Assembly (NCBI GenBank): GCA_045561295.1 | Contig: JBJKYD010000012.1 | Coordinates: forward strand, 27,690 to 91,689 | Origin: Gammaproteobacteria bacterium | GTDB taxonomy: Bacteria > Pseudomonadota > Gammaproteobacteria > GCA-002705445 > GCA-002716945 | Direction: 5' to 3' | DNA: 64,000 nt | In this document: positions 51,947-60,444 of the stretch, one piece after another | Layout of the letters: every line of letters begins with the position of its first letter | Position numbering within the stretch: the first letter of the stretch is position 1 | Notes under the pieces: model-generated | Seen by the model: only the letters and a program-made list of their open reading frames with translations | Database searches by the model: none | What the model was told of the DNA's origin: nothing | Program-made: the position numbers and the translations under genes

Positions 51947-52000
51947 TATTCCCATCCATATTCCCATTTTTTATTAACGTATACCCTCGTATATACCCAT
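51947..52000. repeat. Four TATWCCC(AT) direct repeats, putative integrase arm-type sites
   Basis: Copies at 51947, 51959, 51980, 51992 (two pairs, 12-bp period), about 50 bp from att copy B. Confidence 0.6.
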
Positions 52001-52100
52001 GTGATTAATATTCAGTGGCGTTTTGAAAACAAAGAATCCAGTGTTTATGCGGGTTGTAGTTAAGGTCTTTTGGCATAGATTGTGCATGTTTTAACATGTA

Positions 52101-52886
52101 GTGAGTAAAATATCTAAAAAAAAATATGATAGTGAATTGAAAGCACTAAGGGTTGAACTTGTTAAACTACAAGAATGGATCAAACAAGAAGGGCTGAAAG
52201 TTGCTGTTTTATTTGAGGGCAGAGATGCAGCAGGTAAAGGTGGGGTAATAAAAAGAATTACTGAGCCACTCAATCCAAGAGTCTGTAGAGTGGTTGCTCT
52301 TTCGACACCAACAGAGCGTGAAAAGAGCCAGTGGTATTTCCAGAGATATGTATCTCACTTACCCTGTGCAGGTGAGATAGTATTGTTTGATAGAAGTTGG
52401 TATAACAGATCTGGCGTAGAGAAAGTCATGGGGTTCTGTTCTGCTGAAGAGTATGATGAATTTCTAAGATCGTGTCCGATTTTTGAGCAAATGCTAATAA
52501 GGTCAGGAATAATACTTATAAAATATTGGTTTTCTGTTAGTGACGAGGAACAAGAAAGGCGATTTGAGGCGAGATTACAAGATCCAACAAAACAATGGAA
52601 ACTTAGTCCAATGGACTTAGAGTCGAGAGCAAAATGGATAGAGTATTCTCAAGCTAAAGATAATATGTTTAATTATACTGACACAAAAAAATCGCCATGG
52701 AGAGTTGTTCATGCTGACGATAAGAAGAAAGCTAGACTTAATTGCATAAGAGATCTTCTAGCTTCGATCTCCTATGAGGCTATTAAATATAAAAAAATTG
52801 ACTTACCAAAACGACAATCAGATAGAGGGTATGCAAGACCTCCCATGTCTGATCAGTCCTTTATAAAAGATTATTACAATGATTAA
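52101..52886 (+). CDS. ppk2: Polyphosphate kinase 2
   Basis: FEGRDAAGKGG, QWYFQRY, FDRSWYNR, WKLSPMD. Confidence 0.96.
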   Translation: MSKISKKKYDSELKALRVELVKLQEWIKQEGLKVAVLFEGRDAAGKGGVIKRITEPLNPRVCRVVALSTPTEREKSQWYFQRYVSHLPCAGEIVLFDRSWYNRSGVEKVMGFCSAEEYDEFLRSCPIFEQMLIRSGIILIKYWFSVSDEEQERRFEARLQDPTKQWKLSPMDLESRAKWIEYSQAKDNMFNYTDTKKSPWRVVHADDKKKARLNCIRDLLASISYEAIKYKKIDLPKRQSDRGYARPPMSDQSFIKDYYND

Positions 52887-52917
52887 GGCTAGTAGAATAT
52901 CTATATTTGATATAATA

Positions 52918-52936
52918 GTCATGGGTGGACTTGAAC
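52918..52936 (-). repeat. tRNA-Met T-arm/acceptor copy (att-like) C
   Basis: gtcatgggtggacttgaac is identical to 56112-56130. Confidence 0.88.
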
Positions 52937-52947
52937 ATTCCTCTATT

Positions 52948-52992
52948 TTTTAATAAAAATGTCACTGAGATATAATAATTTAAGACTATAAT
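52948..52992 (+). promoter_or_regulatory. Putative Pho box and -10 element of phoX
   Basis: TTTTAAT-aaaa-ATGTCAC-tgag-ATATAAT (11-bp period) ending 10 nt before TATAAT at 52987. Confidence 0.5.
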
Positions 52993-52998
52993 TTTTAG

Positions 52999-54177
52999 AT
53001 GGACTCCACCAAAAGATTTTTTTTAAGAACATCTTTATATGCAGGTTTATACACCTCAGCATTGACTAGTTTTGCTTCTGCAAAAGATTCCGGCTATTCA
53101 CTCAAATTGAATACAGCTGATCAAAACGACATTATGCTTCCTAACGGATTCACATCAAGGATTATTGCGATATCGGGACAACCAGTTCTAAACTTGTCAG
53201 GAAAAAACTGGCATTTTGCTCCAGACGGCGGGCATGTTTTTAAAACATTAAACGGCGGATGGATTTATGTTTCAAATTCAGAAGTCAAAAATAATGGTGG
53301 TGTAGCATCGATAGTTTTCGATAATAATGGAGAGATAGTTGATCATAGAATAATTTGCCACAACACAAATAATAACTGTGCTGGAGGGCCTACCCCATGG
53401 AATACCTGGCTGACATGTGAGGAAGTACCTAATGGATATATTTATGAATGTGATCCTGCTGGAGTCAAAGTTCACAAGAAGCTGCCAAACCTTGGAAAAT
53501 TCATGCATGAGGCAGCGTGTATAGATTCAGAAAGCAAGATTATGTATATGACGGAAGATGACAAGAGTGGAGGTTTTTATAGATTTATACCTTTAAATAA
53601 ATTTTCAAAAACACCTTATATGAAAGGCCGTCTAGAGGTTGCTCATATAAAAGATGATAAAGTTGTTTGGAATAAAATACCTCAGCCATCAGCCTCATAT
53701 ATAGAAATTAAAAATGGTCATAAAATTACTATAAAACCTTTAATGTTTCGAGCTCCCAATAAGAGAACAATGTATACCCCTTTTAATAGAGGCGAAGGGA
53801 TGAGTATAATTGATAAAAAGGTTTATTTTTCCACTACTGGTGACAATAGAATAAATGAATATGATATAGAACAAAATAGTCTATCAGTTATTTATAACGG
53901 CACTGGGCCATTAACTGACCCGGATAATATTTCTGTAGGACCCTCTGGTTCATTGGTTGTAGCTGAAGATTCAGGAAATATGGAACTTGTTGCAGTCTCT
54001 AAAAAAATGAGAAAAATGTTTCCAATACTCAGAGTTACTGGACATAAAAACTCTGAAATTACTGGCCCTTCTTTTACGGAGGATTTCACTAGACTATACT
54101 TCTCATCACAAAGAGGCAGAGACGGGAAGCATGGAATAACTTATGAAGTGAGAGGTCCTTTCACATCTATTCTGTAG
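52999..54177 (+). CDS. phoX: PhoX-family (DUF839) alkaline phosphatase
   Basis: PDG, SNSE, NCAGGPTPWNTWLTCEE, G.F.HEA, TED, PDN, AED, SEITGP.F, SSQ. Confidence 0.88.
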   Translation: MDSTKRFFLRTSLYAGLYTSALTSFASAKDSGYSLKLNTADQNDIMLPNGFTSRIIAISGQPVLNLSGKNWHFAPDGGHVFKTLNGGWIYVSNSEVKNNGGVASIVFDNNGEIVDHRIICHNTNNNCAGGPTPWNTWLTCEEVPNGYIYECDPAGVKVHKKLPNLGKFMHEAACIDSESKIMYMTEDDKSGGFYRFIPLNKFSKTPYMKGRLEVAHIKDDKVVWNKIPQPSASYIEIKNGHKITIKPLMFRAPNKRTMYTPFNRGEGMSIIDKKVYFSTTGDNRINEYDIEQNSLSVIYNGTGPLTDPDNISVGPSGSLVVAEDSGNMELVAVSKKMRKMFPILRVTGHKNSEITGPSFTEDFTRLYFSSQRGRDGKHGITYEVRGPFTSIL

Positions 54178-54204
54178 ATTAGGATATTTTAAATCACCCT
54201 AGAT

Positions 54205-54297
54205 TTAATACTTCAAGTAGCCCGTAAGATATAATATAAGAGCTATAAGAGCAGAAAGACCCAGTATGACTAATATTATAGTTATTATAATTTCCAT
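54205..54297 (-). CDS. Small membrane peptide (30 aa)
   Basis: MEIIITIILVILGLSALIALILYLTGYLKY. Confidence 0.45.
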   Translation of the reverse strand: MEIIITIILVILGLSALIALILYLTGYLKY

Positions 54298-54330
54298 AAA
54301 TGAACTTTAAGATATTTTTTTTATGTTTTT

Positions 54331-54957
54331 ATGAATCAATTATTAAATAATTTTTACGAGAGGAAAGATAAATATTATGAACTATTAATTATTTTTATTA
54401 TTTTACCAATCTTCTCAATTGTAACTGGTCAGGAGCCAATAAATAACTTTATATCAATGTATATCATTTCGATATTCTATTGGTACTTTCTATATCGAAA
54501 TAAAGTAAAAATATTTAATAACAATAAATATTCAGAGCGACATGTGATAATAACATTTGTAGCTATATTTATTTTTAGCTTTAGCTATTGTTATGATGCG
54601 GATAATTTTATGGTTTTCCCAAGAGAAAACCCTTTAACATTTCTATTAGTCATCTTCCTCTATCCTTTCCTTAGCGTAATTCCACAAGAGATAATTTTTA
54701 GAAAATATTTCTTTTTTAAATTTAATGCCTTAATGCCTAGAAACTACCTAATTTTTATTAACGGTCTGGTGTTTTCTCTGGCACATGTTTTCTTCAATAA
54801 TTATATTGCAATTATTTTTACTTTTTTTGGTGGCATCTATTTATCCTGGAGCTATCTTAGAAGTGAGTCATTAGCTTTGGTTATTTATGAGCATACTTTA
54901 TTTGGAATATTCATTTTTGCTTCTGGGTTAGGTAGATATTTTTATCATGCAATATAG
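54331..54957 (+). CDS. CPBP/Abi family intramembrane metalloprotease
   Basis: PQEIIFR, FSLAH, EHTL.G. Confidence 0.85.
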   Translation: MNQLLNNFYERKDKYYELLIIFIILPIFSIVTGQEPINNFISMYIISIFYWYFLYRNKVKIFNNNKYSERHVIITFVAIFIFSFSYCYDADNFMVFPRENPLTFLLVIFLYPFLSVIPQEIIFRKYFFFKFNALMPRNYLIFINGLVFSLAHVFFNNYIAIIFTFFGGIYLSWSYLRSESLALVIYEHTLFGIFIFASGLGRYFYHAI

Positions 54958-54995
54958 ATAATTATCCCCTTCTTAGGGAGACTGTTCCTGATTAG

Positions 54996-56000
54996 TTACT
55001 CGTTTGTTAAAACTGCGCGATACCTAATCTTATTGGATTTAACTTTATCTATAGCTTTATTCACATCTTTGAATGAAAATTTTTCGATTATAGGTTTAAT
55101 GCCTTTATTGGCAGCAATTTTTAACATTTCTTTCATCATTTTTCTGCTACCACCTGGATTGCCTGAAATTTTGATACGTTTCATAATTAAACTAAAAGCA
55201 TGAATACTTATCGGGCTAGGAGGAACTCCAACGAAACAAATATTTCCATCGACATCTAATGTATCTGCTAAAGATGTCCAATCTAAATCAGCGTGAGCAG
55301 TTACAAGTATAAAATCAAAACTATTTTTATAGTCTTTTAAATCTTTATAAGTAATAACTTGATTGGCTCCAAATTTTTTAGCTTCTGTAAGTTTATTTTT
55401 AGAGGATGTTATGGCTGTTATATGAAAATCAAGAGCTTTACCATATTGAATGCCAAGATGCCCCAAACCACCGATTCCTAAAACTGCAACTCTAGATTTT
55501 GATTTAACCTTATACCCTCGATATGCACCATGTACCGTCCAACCTGCGCACATTAATGGGGCTGCATGCTCAGATTTCAGTTTAGGCGGTATTGGAAAGA
55601 CGACGCTTTCATCTACTATTACATGATCTGCAAAACCACCATTTCTACCAACGGCAGTCATTTCGGGTGCGCTGCACATGTTATCTCTATCAGATTTACA
55701 ATAAGTACATTTCCCACAGACCTTTGAGAACCAACCTACACCAACCCTTTGACCAATTTTTAAACCTTTGACTAATCTTCCTACAGACGAAATGGTTCCA
55801 ACTACTTCATGTCCAGGGATAAATGGGTATTGAGATATGCCCCAATCATTATCAATAAGGTGTATATCGCTGTAACAGATGCCACAATGAGTAATATCTA
55901 CAACAACCTCTTTGTGCCCTGTCTTTTCATGGCAATAAGTTTGTTTAGTTAACTTTTCTTTAGATTTTTTCGGACCATATCCGGTAACTGTTAAGGTCAT
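54996..56000 (-). CDS. NAD(P)-dependent Zn alcohol dehydrogenase (CAD/YahK-like)
   Basis: CGICYSD, PGHEVVG, C..C..C.......C, PLMCAG, GIGGLG, RYRAVL. Confidence 0.92.
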   Translation of the reverse strand: MTLTVTGYGPKKSKEKLTKQTYCHEKTGHKEVVVDITHCGICYSDIHLIDNDWGISQYPFIPGHEVVGTISSVGRLVKGLKIGQRVGVGWFSKVCGKCTYCKSDRDNMCSAPEMTAVGRNGGFADHVIVDESVVFPIPPKLKSEHAAPLMCAGWTVHGAYRGYKVKSKSRVAVLGIGGLGHLGIQYGKALDFHITAITSSKNKLTEAKKFGANQVITYKDLKDYKNSFDFILVTAHADLDWTSLADTLDVDGNICFVGVPPSPISIHAFSLIMKRIKISGNPGGSRKMMKEMLKIAANKGIKPIIEKFSFKDVNKAIDKVKSNKIRYRAVLTNE

Positions 56001-56109
56001 GATTTTAGTTTATCTCAAAATCTCATCAAGGTATACCTTGACTTAGATTTAGTCATAGGCGGCATAACTTCACTATAAGACTTGGTGTAAATTTCTATTT
56101 CTAGATTCA

Positions 56110-56183
56110 TGGTCATGGGTGGACTTGAACCACCGACCGCAGCGTTATGAGTGCTGTGCTCTAACCAACTGAGCTACATGACC
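56110..56183 (-). tRNA. tRNA-Met(CAT), probably elongator; CCA not encoded
   Basis: GGTCATGTAGCTCAGTTGGTTAGAGCACAGCACTCATAACGCTGCGGTCGGTGGTTCAAGTCCACCCATGACCA folds as a cloverleaf; G1-C72 pair argues against initiator; Ile2 not fully excluded. Confidence 0.92.
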
Positions 56184-57260
56184 TTATATATTAAATCTAA
56201 AATAGATTACATCGCCTTCACAAACGATATAATCTTTACCTTCTTGTCTCCAAACGCCATTAGCTTTTGAAGCCTGCTCGCTTCCACTTTCTATGTAATC
56301 ATTATATGAAACAGTTTCAGCTCTTATAAATCCTTTTTGGATGTCTGTGTGTATGATACCTGAACATTCCTGAGCATTAAAATACTTTTTTGCTGCCCAT
56401 GCTCTTGATTCTTTTTCGCCCGATGTAAAAAATGTTTTAAGGTCAAGAAGACTGTAACCCGTTTTGATAATTTTTGATAATGCAGACTCATCTATACCAA
56501 ACTCTTCCATAAATTCTTTTTTTTCGTCTTCCGAGAGCTCATCAAGATCTGTTTCCACTTTAACATTCACCTGAACTAATTTTATATATTCTGGCATTGA
56601 TTCAATGAAGTCACTAATTTCCTGTTTTGAAGTATTTTCATTAATATTAGCAATCACAAACATTGGTTTTTGAGTTAATAATTTAATGTCAGGGAAAAAT
56701 TCTTGAATCTTCTCTAAATCTTTTTTTTGTAAAAAATTATTACTATTCAGTTTATCGAGAGCATTTATCGCTTCTTCTTTTAAAAGATTTTTTTCTTTTT
56801 CAGATGTTTTACTTTTAGTAATTCTATTTGTAATACTTTCTAATGTAGTAATATCCGATAATATCAATTCTGTATTAATATCATTAAAGTCTGACACAGG
56901 GTCAGGTTTCCCGTTGACATGAATAATATCATCATCAATAAAGAATCTTACTACATGTGCTATGGCATCAGTATTTCTGATATGTGTAAGAAAATCATTT
57001 CCAAGCCCCTCTCCCTTAGATGCTCCTTTTATTAATCCAGCAATATCCACAAACTCAATCACTGCATTAATTTTACTTTTTGATGAGTTTAATTCTGATA
57101 ATTTATCTAATCTGTCATCCGGTACTTCAACAGTTGCTATGTTTGGATCAATTGTACAAAAAGGGAAGTTTTTAGCATCAATTTTTTGTGAAGTTAATAA
57201 ATTAAATATTGATGACTTACCTACGTTTGGCATACCTACCAAACCACATTTAAATCCCAT
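56184..57260 (-). CDS. ychF: Redox-regulated ATPase YchF
   Basis: GMPNVGKS, FPFCTIDPN, DIAGL, GEGLGN.FL, IHTD..KGFIRAE, EGKDYIV..GDV. Confidence 0.97.
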   Translation of the reverse strand: MGFKCGLVGMPNVGKSSIFNLLTSQKIDAKNFPFCTIDPNIATVEVPDDRLDKLSELNSSKSKINAVIEFVDIAGLIKGASKGEGLGNDFLTHIRNTDAIAHVVRFFIDDDIIHVNGKPDPVSDFNDINTELILSDITTLESITNRITKSKTSEKEKNLLKEEAINALDKLNSNNFLQKKDLEKIQEFFPDIKLLTQKPMFVIANINENTSKQEISDFIESMPEYIKLVQVNVKVETDLDELSEDEKKEFMEEFGIDESALSKIIKTGYSLLDLKTFFTSGEKESRAWAAKKYFNAQECSGIIHTDIQKGFIRAETVSYNDYIESGSEQASKANGVWRQEGKDYIVCEGDVIYFRFNI

Positions 57261-57849
57261 TGTTATCACCATTTAAATTATTCATAAAATTTGTATAAGA
57301 GCCATCTAGTAAATCTTGAGAATTTTGAATGATATTCTCTATCCCCTCTAATATTTGTTTTTTATCATCAGGTGATGGCTTACCCAATACATAGGAAATG
57401 ACATCATCTTTATGCGTAGGCTTACCGATTCCTATTTTTAATCTCCAAAAATCTTTTGTACCAATTTTTTCTATTATATCTTTTATACCATTGTGTCCAC
57501 CACTTCCACCTGAGAATTTGAGCCTAATTTTGCCGGCGGCTAAATCTAAATCATCGTAAGCGACAATTATCTGAGATGGTGTGATATTTTTATTTTTAAT
57601 GAAGTTTTTTAAAGGCGTCCCGCTATCATTAATAAAAGTCATTGGTTTAAGTAATTTTATATCTATACCCTCTGAATGATAATCAGTATCACAAAAACCT
57701 TTTTTCAAGTTATCGTTGAAGTGGATTCGTAGGCTATCAACCAAAGAGTCAATGAACCAAAAACCTATGTTATGTCTTGTATTAAGAAATTTATTATCAG
57801 GATTACCTAATCCTACAATCAATGCTGGAGGGTTATCTTCAGGAATCAT
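57250..57849 (-). CDS. pth: Peptidyl-tRNA hydrolase
   Basis: VGLGNP, TRHNIGF, KPMTFIN.SG, DDLDL, GGHNG. Confidence 0.96.
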   Translation of the reverse strand: MIPEDNPPALIVGLGNPDNKFLNTRHNIGFWFIDSLVDSLRIHFNDNLKKGFCDTDYHSEGIDIKLLKPMTFINDSGTPLKNFIKNKNITPSQIIVAYDDLDLAAGKIRLKFSGGSGGHNGIKDIIEKIGTKDFWRLKIGIGKPTHKDDVISYVLGKPSPDDKKQILEGIENIIQNSQDLLDGSYTNFMNNLNGDNNGI

Positions 57850-57860
57850 ATTAAAGGAGG

Positions 57861-58550
57861 CTATTTACTATCTTCTTCTTCTTTGGAATCAGCGTCAGCA
57901 TCTGCTTTGGTATTATCATCAGTATCGCCAGCTTCATCATCAGCTGGTGCTGCCTCAACTTCTTCAATTTTTTCAGCTTTAGGCTCATAACAACTGACAA
58001 CAGGCGAATCATGTTCTTCGTCAACAGGTGTCGCAAGTTCTACATTTGCAGGTAATTTAACTTCTGATAAATGAACACTATGTCCCAATTCTAATTCAGC
58101 GACATCAACAGTGATGTTTTCAGGAATATCTTTAGGTAGACAAGAGATTTCAAGTTCAGATTGTATGTGGGATATCATGCCACCACCTAATTTCACCCCA
58201 GCACATGTATCTTCATTTACGAACATAATAGGTACATTTACAACAACTGCTTTATTTTTATCTACAGCAAAGAAGTCCATATGTGTAATATCTGATTTTC
58301 TAGGATCTCTTTGTAGATCTTTTAATATTACATCTATTGTGTTTTTATCTATTGTAAGTTTGATTACACTACTGTAGAAACCAGCGTCTCTGACTTGCTT
58401 AGCTACTTCATTTGCATCAAGAACTATGTTGCTGTTATCAACGTCTCCATACACGACAGCAGGTATACCATTTTCCCTTCTAATTTTCTTAGAAGTGGCT
58501 GTCCCTATGCTTTCTCTTGGTTTTGCTTGTAATATATATTCAGTGTTCAT
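57861..58550 (-). CDS. rplY: 50S ribosomal protein L25/Ctc with acidic tail
   Basis: IPAVVYG, H.DF, GVKLGG, CLPKDIP. Confidence 0.95.
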   Translation of the reverse strand: MNTEYILQAKPRESIGTATSKKIRRENGIPAVVYGDVDNSNIVLDANEVAKQVRDAGFYSSVIKLTIDKNTIDVILKDLQRDPRKSDITHMDFFAVDKNKAVVVNVPIMFVNEDTCAGVKLGGGMISHIQSELEISCLPKDIPENITVDVAELELGHSVHLSEVKLPANVELATPVDEEHDSPVVSCYEPKAEKIEEVEAAPADDEAGDTDDNTKADADADSKEEEDSK

Positions 58551-58576
58551 AAACTATTTTTCAATGGATTATACTC

Positions 58577-59530
58577 TTATTCTATGAAAAGTGAACTAAC
58601 AGATTCTTTATTATCTATTCTTCTTAATGTTTCAGCTAGCATCTCTGCAACAGTTATCTGCCTTATTTTGCCTGTATCATTAATTTTCTTTGAGAGTTTG
58701 ATCGTATCTGTAACAATTATTCCATCTATAGTAGAGTTATTAATATTTTGATCAGCCTTACCTGAGAATATCGGGTGAGTGATATAAGCAAAAACTTTTG
58801 ATGCACCTTGATCTTTAAGCGCGTCTGCTGCATGGCATAGTGTTCCTGCTGTGTCACATATATCATCAACTATGATGCAACACTTATCTTTAACATCTCC
58901 TATAATTTGCATAACTTCCGAAACATTAGCTTCTGGTCGCCTTTTATCTACGATCGCTAAATCTGAATTCAATTGTTTAGCTAATGCCCTTGCCCTTACA
59001 ACACCTCCTACATCAGGAGAAACAATAATGGTGTCCTGGTAATTCTGTTTATGTATATCCGCTAAAAATAGTGGTGTTGCGTAAATATTATCGACTGGTA
59101 TATCGAAAAAGCCTTGAATTTGATCAGCATGTAAATCAATAGTTAATAATCTTTCTACACCCATACTTGTTAACATATTAGCAACAACTTTTGCTGTGAT
59201 TGGCACTCTAGCAGATCTTGCTCGTCTGTCTTGTCTTGAATAGCCAAAATATGGAAGCACTACTGATATTCTCTCAACCGATGATCTTTTAAGAGCATCG
59301 ACCATTATAAGTAGTTCCATGAGGTTATCATTAACAGGATCACACAGTGGCTGGATTATATAAATATCCTGACCTCTCACATTTTCTTCAATTTCTACAG
59401 AGATTTCACCGTCACTAAATGTTTTAACAGAAGCTTTCCCTAGGGTAATTCCTAAGTTTTTAGCAACAGATTTAGCAAGTGCTTTATTAGCATTTCCTGA
59501 AAATATCATCGATGTTTTTATATCAACCAT
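58577..59530 (-). CDS. prs: Ribose-phosphate pyrophosphokinase
   Basis: [42 protein letters not shown]. Confidence 0.98.
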   Translation of the reverse strand: MVDIKTSMIFSGNANKALAKSVAKNLGITLGKASVKTFSDGEISVEIEENVRGQDIYIIQPLCDPVNDNLMELLIMVDALKRSSVERISVVLPYFGYSRQDRRARSARVPITAKVVANMLTSMGVERLLTIDLHADQIQGFFDIPVDNIYATPLFLADIHKQNYQDTIIVSPDVGGVVRARALAKQLNSDLAIVDKRRPEANVSEVMQIIGDVKDKCCIIVDDICDTAGTLCHAADALKDQGASKVFAYITHPIFSGKADQNINNSTIDGIIVTDTIKLSKKINDTGKIRQITVAEMLAETLRRIDNKESVSSLFIE

Positions 59531-59545
59531 TTCGTGACCTAATGT

Positions 59546-59617
59546 CTGGGGTGGAAGGATTCGAACCTCCGAATGACGGGATCAAAACCCGCTGCCTTAC
59601 CGCTTGGCTACACCCCA
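59546..59617 (-). tRNA. tRNA-Gln(TTG); CCA not encoded
   Basis: TGGGGTGTAGCCAAGCGGTAAGGCAGCGGGTTTTGATCCCGTCATTCGGAGGTTCGAATCCTTCCACCCCAG; usual site between ispE and prs. Confidence 0.95.
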
Positions 59618-59622
59618 AATTA

Positions 59623-60444
59623 TTAAGAAAAAATATCATACGACTCTAGACTACTCACCATTAATGATTTGTATTTTCGTCCAATCTCCTTATTGGCTTC
59701 TAATGCACCTTCGTAATTATCATACTCAATGTATAGCGTGCTTCCCGTACCGGACATTCTAACGCTACCAAAGGCGGAAAGCCAATATTTTGTCTCTTTT
59801 AATGAAGGATATTTAGACATAACTATTTGTTCAAAGGAATTTACATTTGATGCCATTAACTGATCAAGACTATATGAATTCATATAGTCTTTTGAGGATA
59901 AAGATTCATAAATATCTTTTGTTGATATATTTAAATTTGACAAGATAAGAACAAAGTATTTCTTGTCTATAGGAATATTATTAATAATTTCTCCTTTTCC
60001 CCCTATATAAGCTGCTCCACCATTTATGAAGAAAGGTACGTCTGCTCCAATGTCCCTTGATATTTTTAACAAGTTATCTTTTGATATATTTAATTTGAAA
60101 ATGTCATTTAATGCCAATAAGGTAACTGCAGCATTTGAACTGCCTCCACCTAAACCAGAACCTATAGGTATTTTTTTATCTAAAAATACATCTACACCTT
60201 CAATGTCATATAACTTAGAAATTGCATCATATGCTTTAGTAACTAAATTATATGTAGAGTCAATTTCATTAGCATTAGTTTTAAAATTGATTTTAGTTGA
60301 ATTATTTTTTTGAAAAGATAACCTGTCATAGAAATCAATAATACAAAAGATACTCTCTAAATTATGATAACCATCTTTCCTTCTATCAAGAATATGTAAA
60401 CACAAGTTAAGTTTTGCAAATGACTTACAAGTTAATGGCTGCAT
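59623..60444 (-). CDS. ispE: CDP-ME kinase
   Basis: AKLNL.L, DGYH.LES, IP.GSGLGGGSSNAA, GADVPFF, MSGTGS. Confidence 0.95.
   Translation of the reverse strand: MQPLTCKSFAKLNLCLHILDRRKDGYHNLESIFCIIDFYDRLSFQKNNSTKINFKTNANEIDSTYNLVTKAYDAISKLYDIEGVDVFLDKKIPIGSGLGGGSSNAAVTLLALNDIFKLNISKDNLLKISRDIGADVPFFINGGAAYIGGKGEIINNIPIDKKYFVLILSNLNISTKDIYESLSSKDYMNSYSLDQLMASNVNSFEQIVMSKYPSLKETKYWLSAFGSVRMSGTGSTLYIEYDNYEGALEANKEIGRKYKSLMVSSLESYDIFS

Larger units (their letters stand above)
40712..56130. mobile_element. tRNA-Met-anchored accessory region / genomic island (left boundary approximate)
   Basis: Repeated tRNA 3'-end copies, putative arm-type repeats, mixed-orientation accessory genes and small ORFs between ccmD and tRNA-Met; no integrase recognised. 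Confidence 0.65.

Noticed and set aside
54331-54957. CPBP/Abi protein as an anti-phage system
   Set aside because: The family name alone is not evidence, and no defence-system partners are adjacent.
40712-56109. Prophage, integron or IS interpretation of the island
   Set aside because: No integrase, transposase or phage structural gene recognised, and no attC-like palindromic repeats seen; the delimiters are tRNA-derived.
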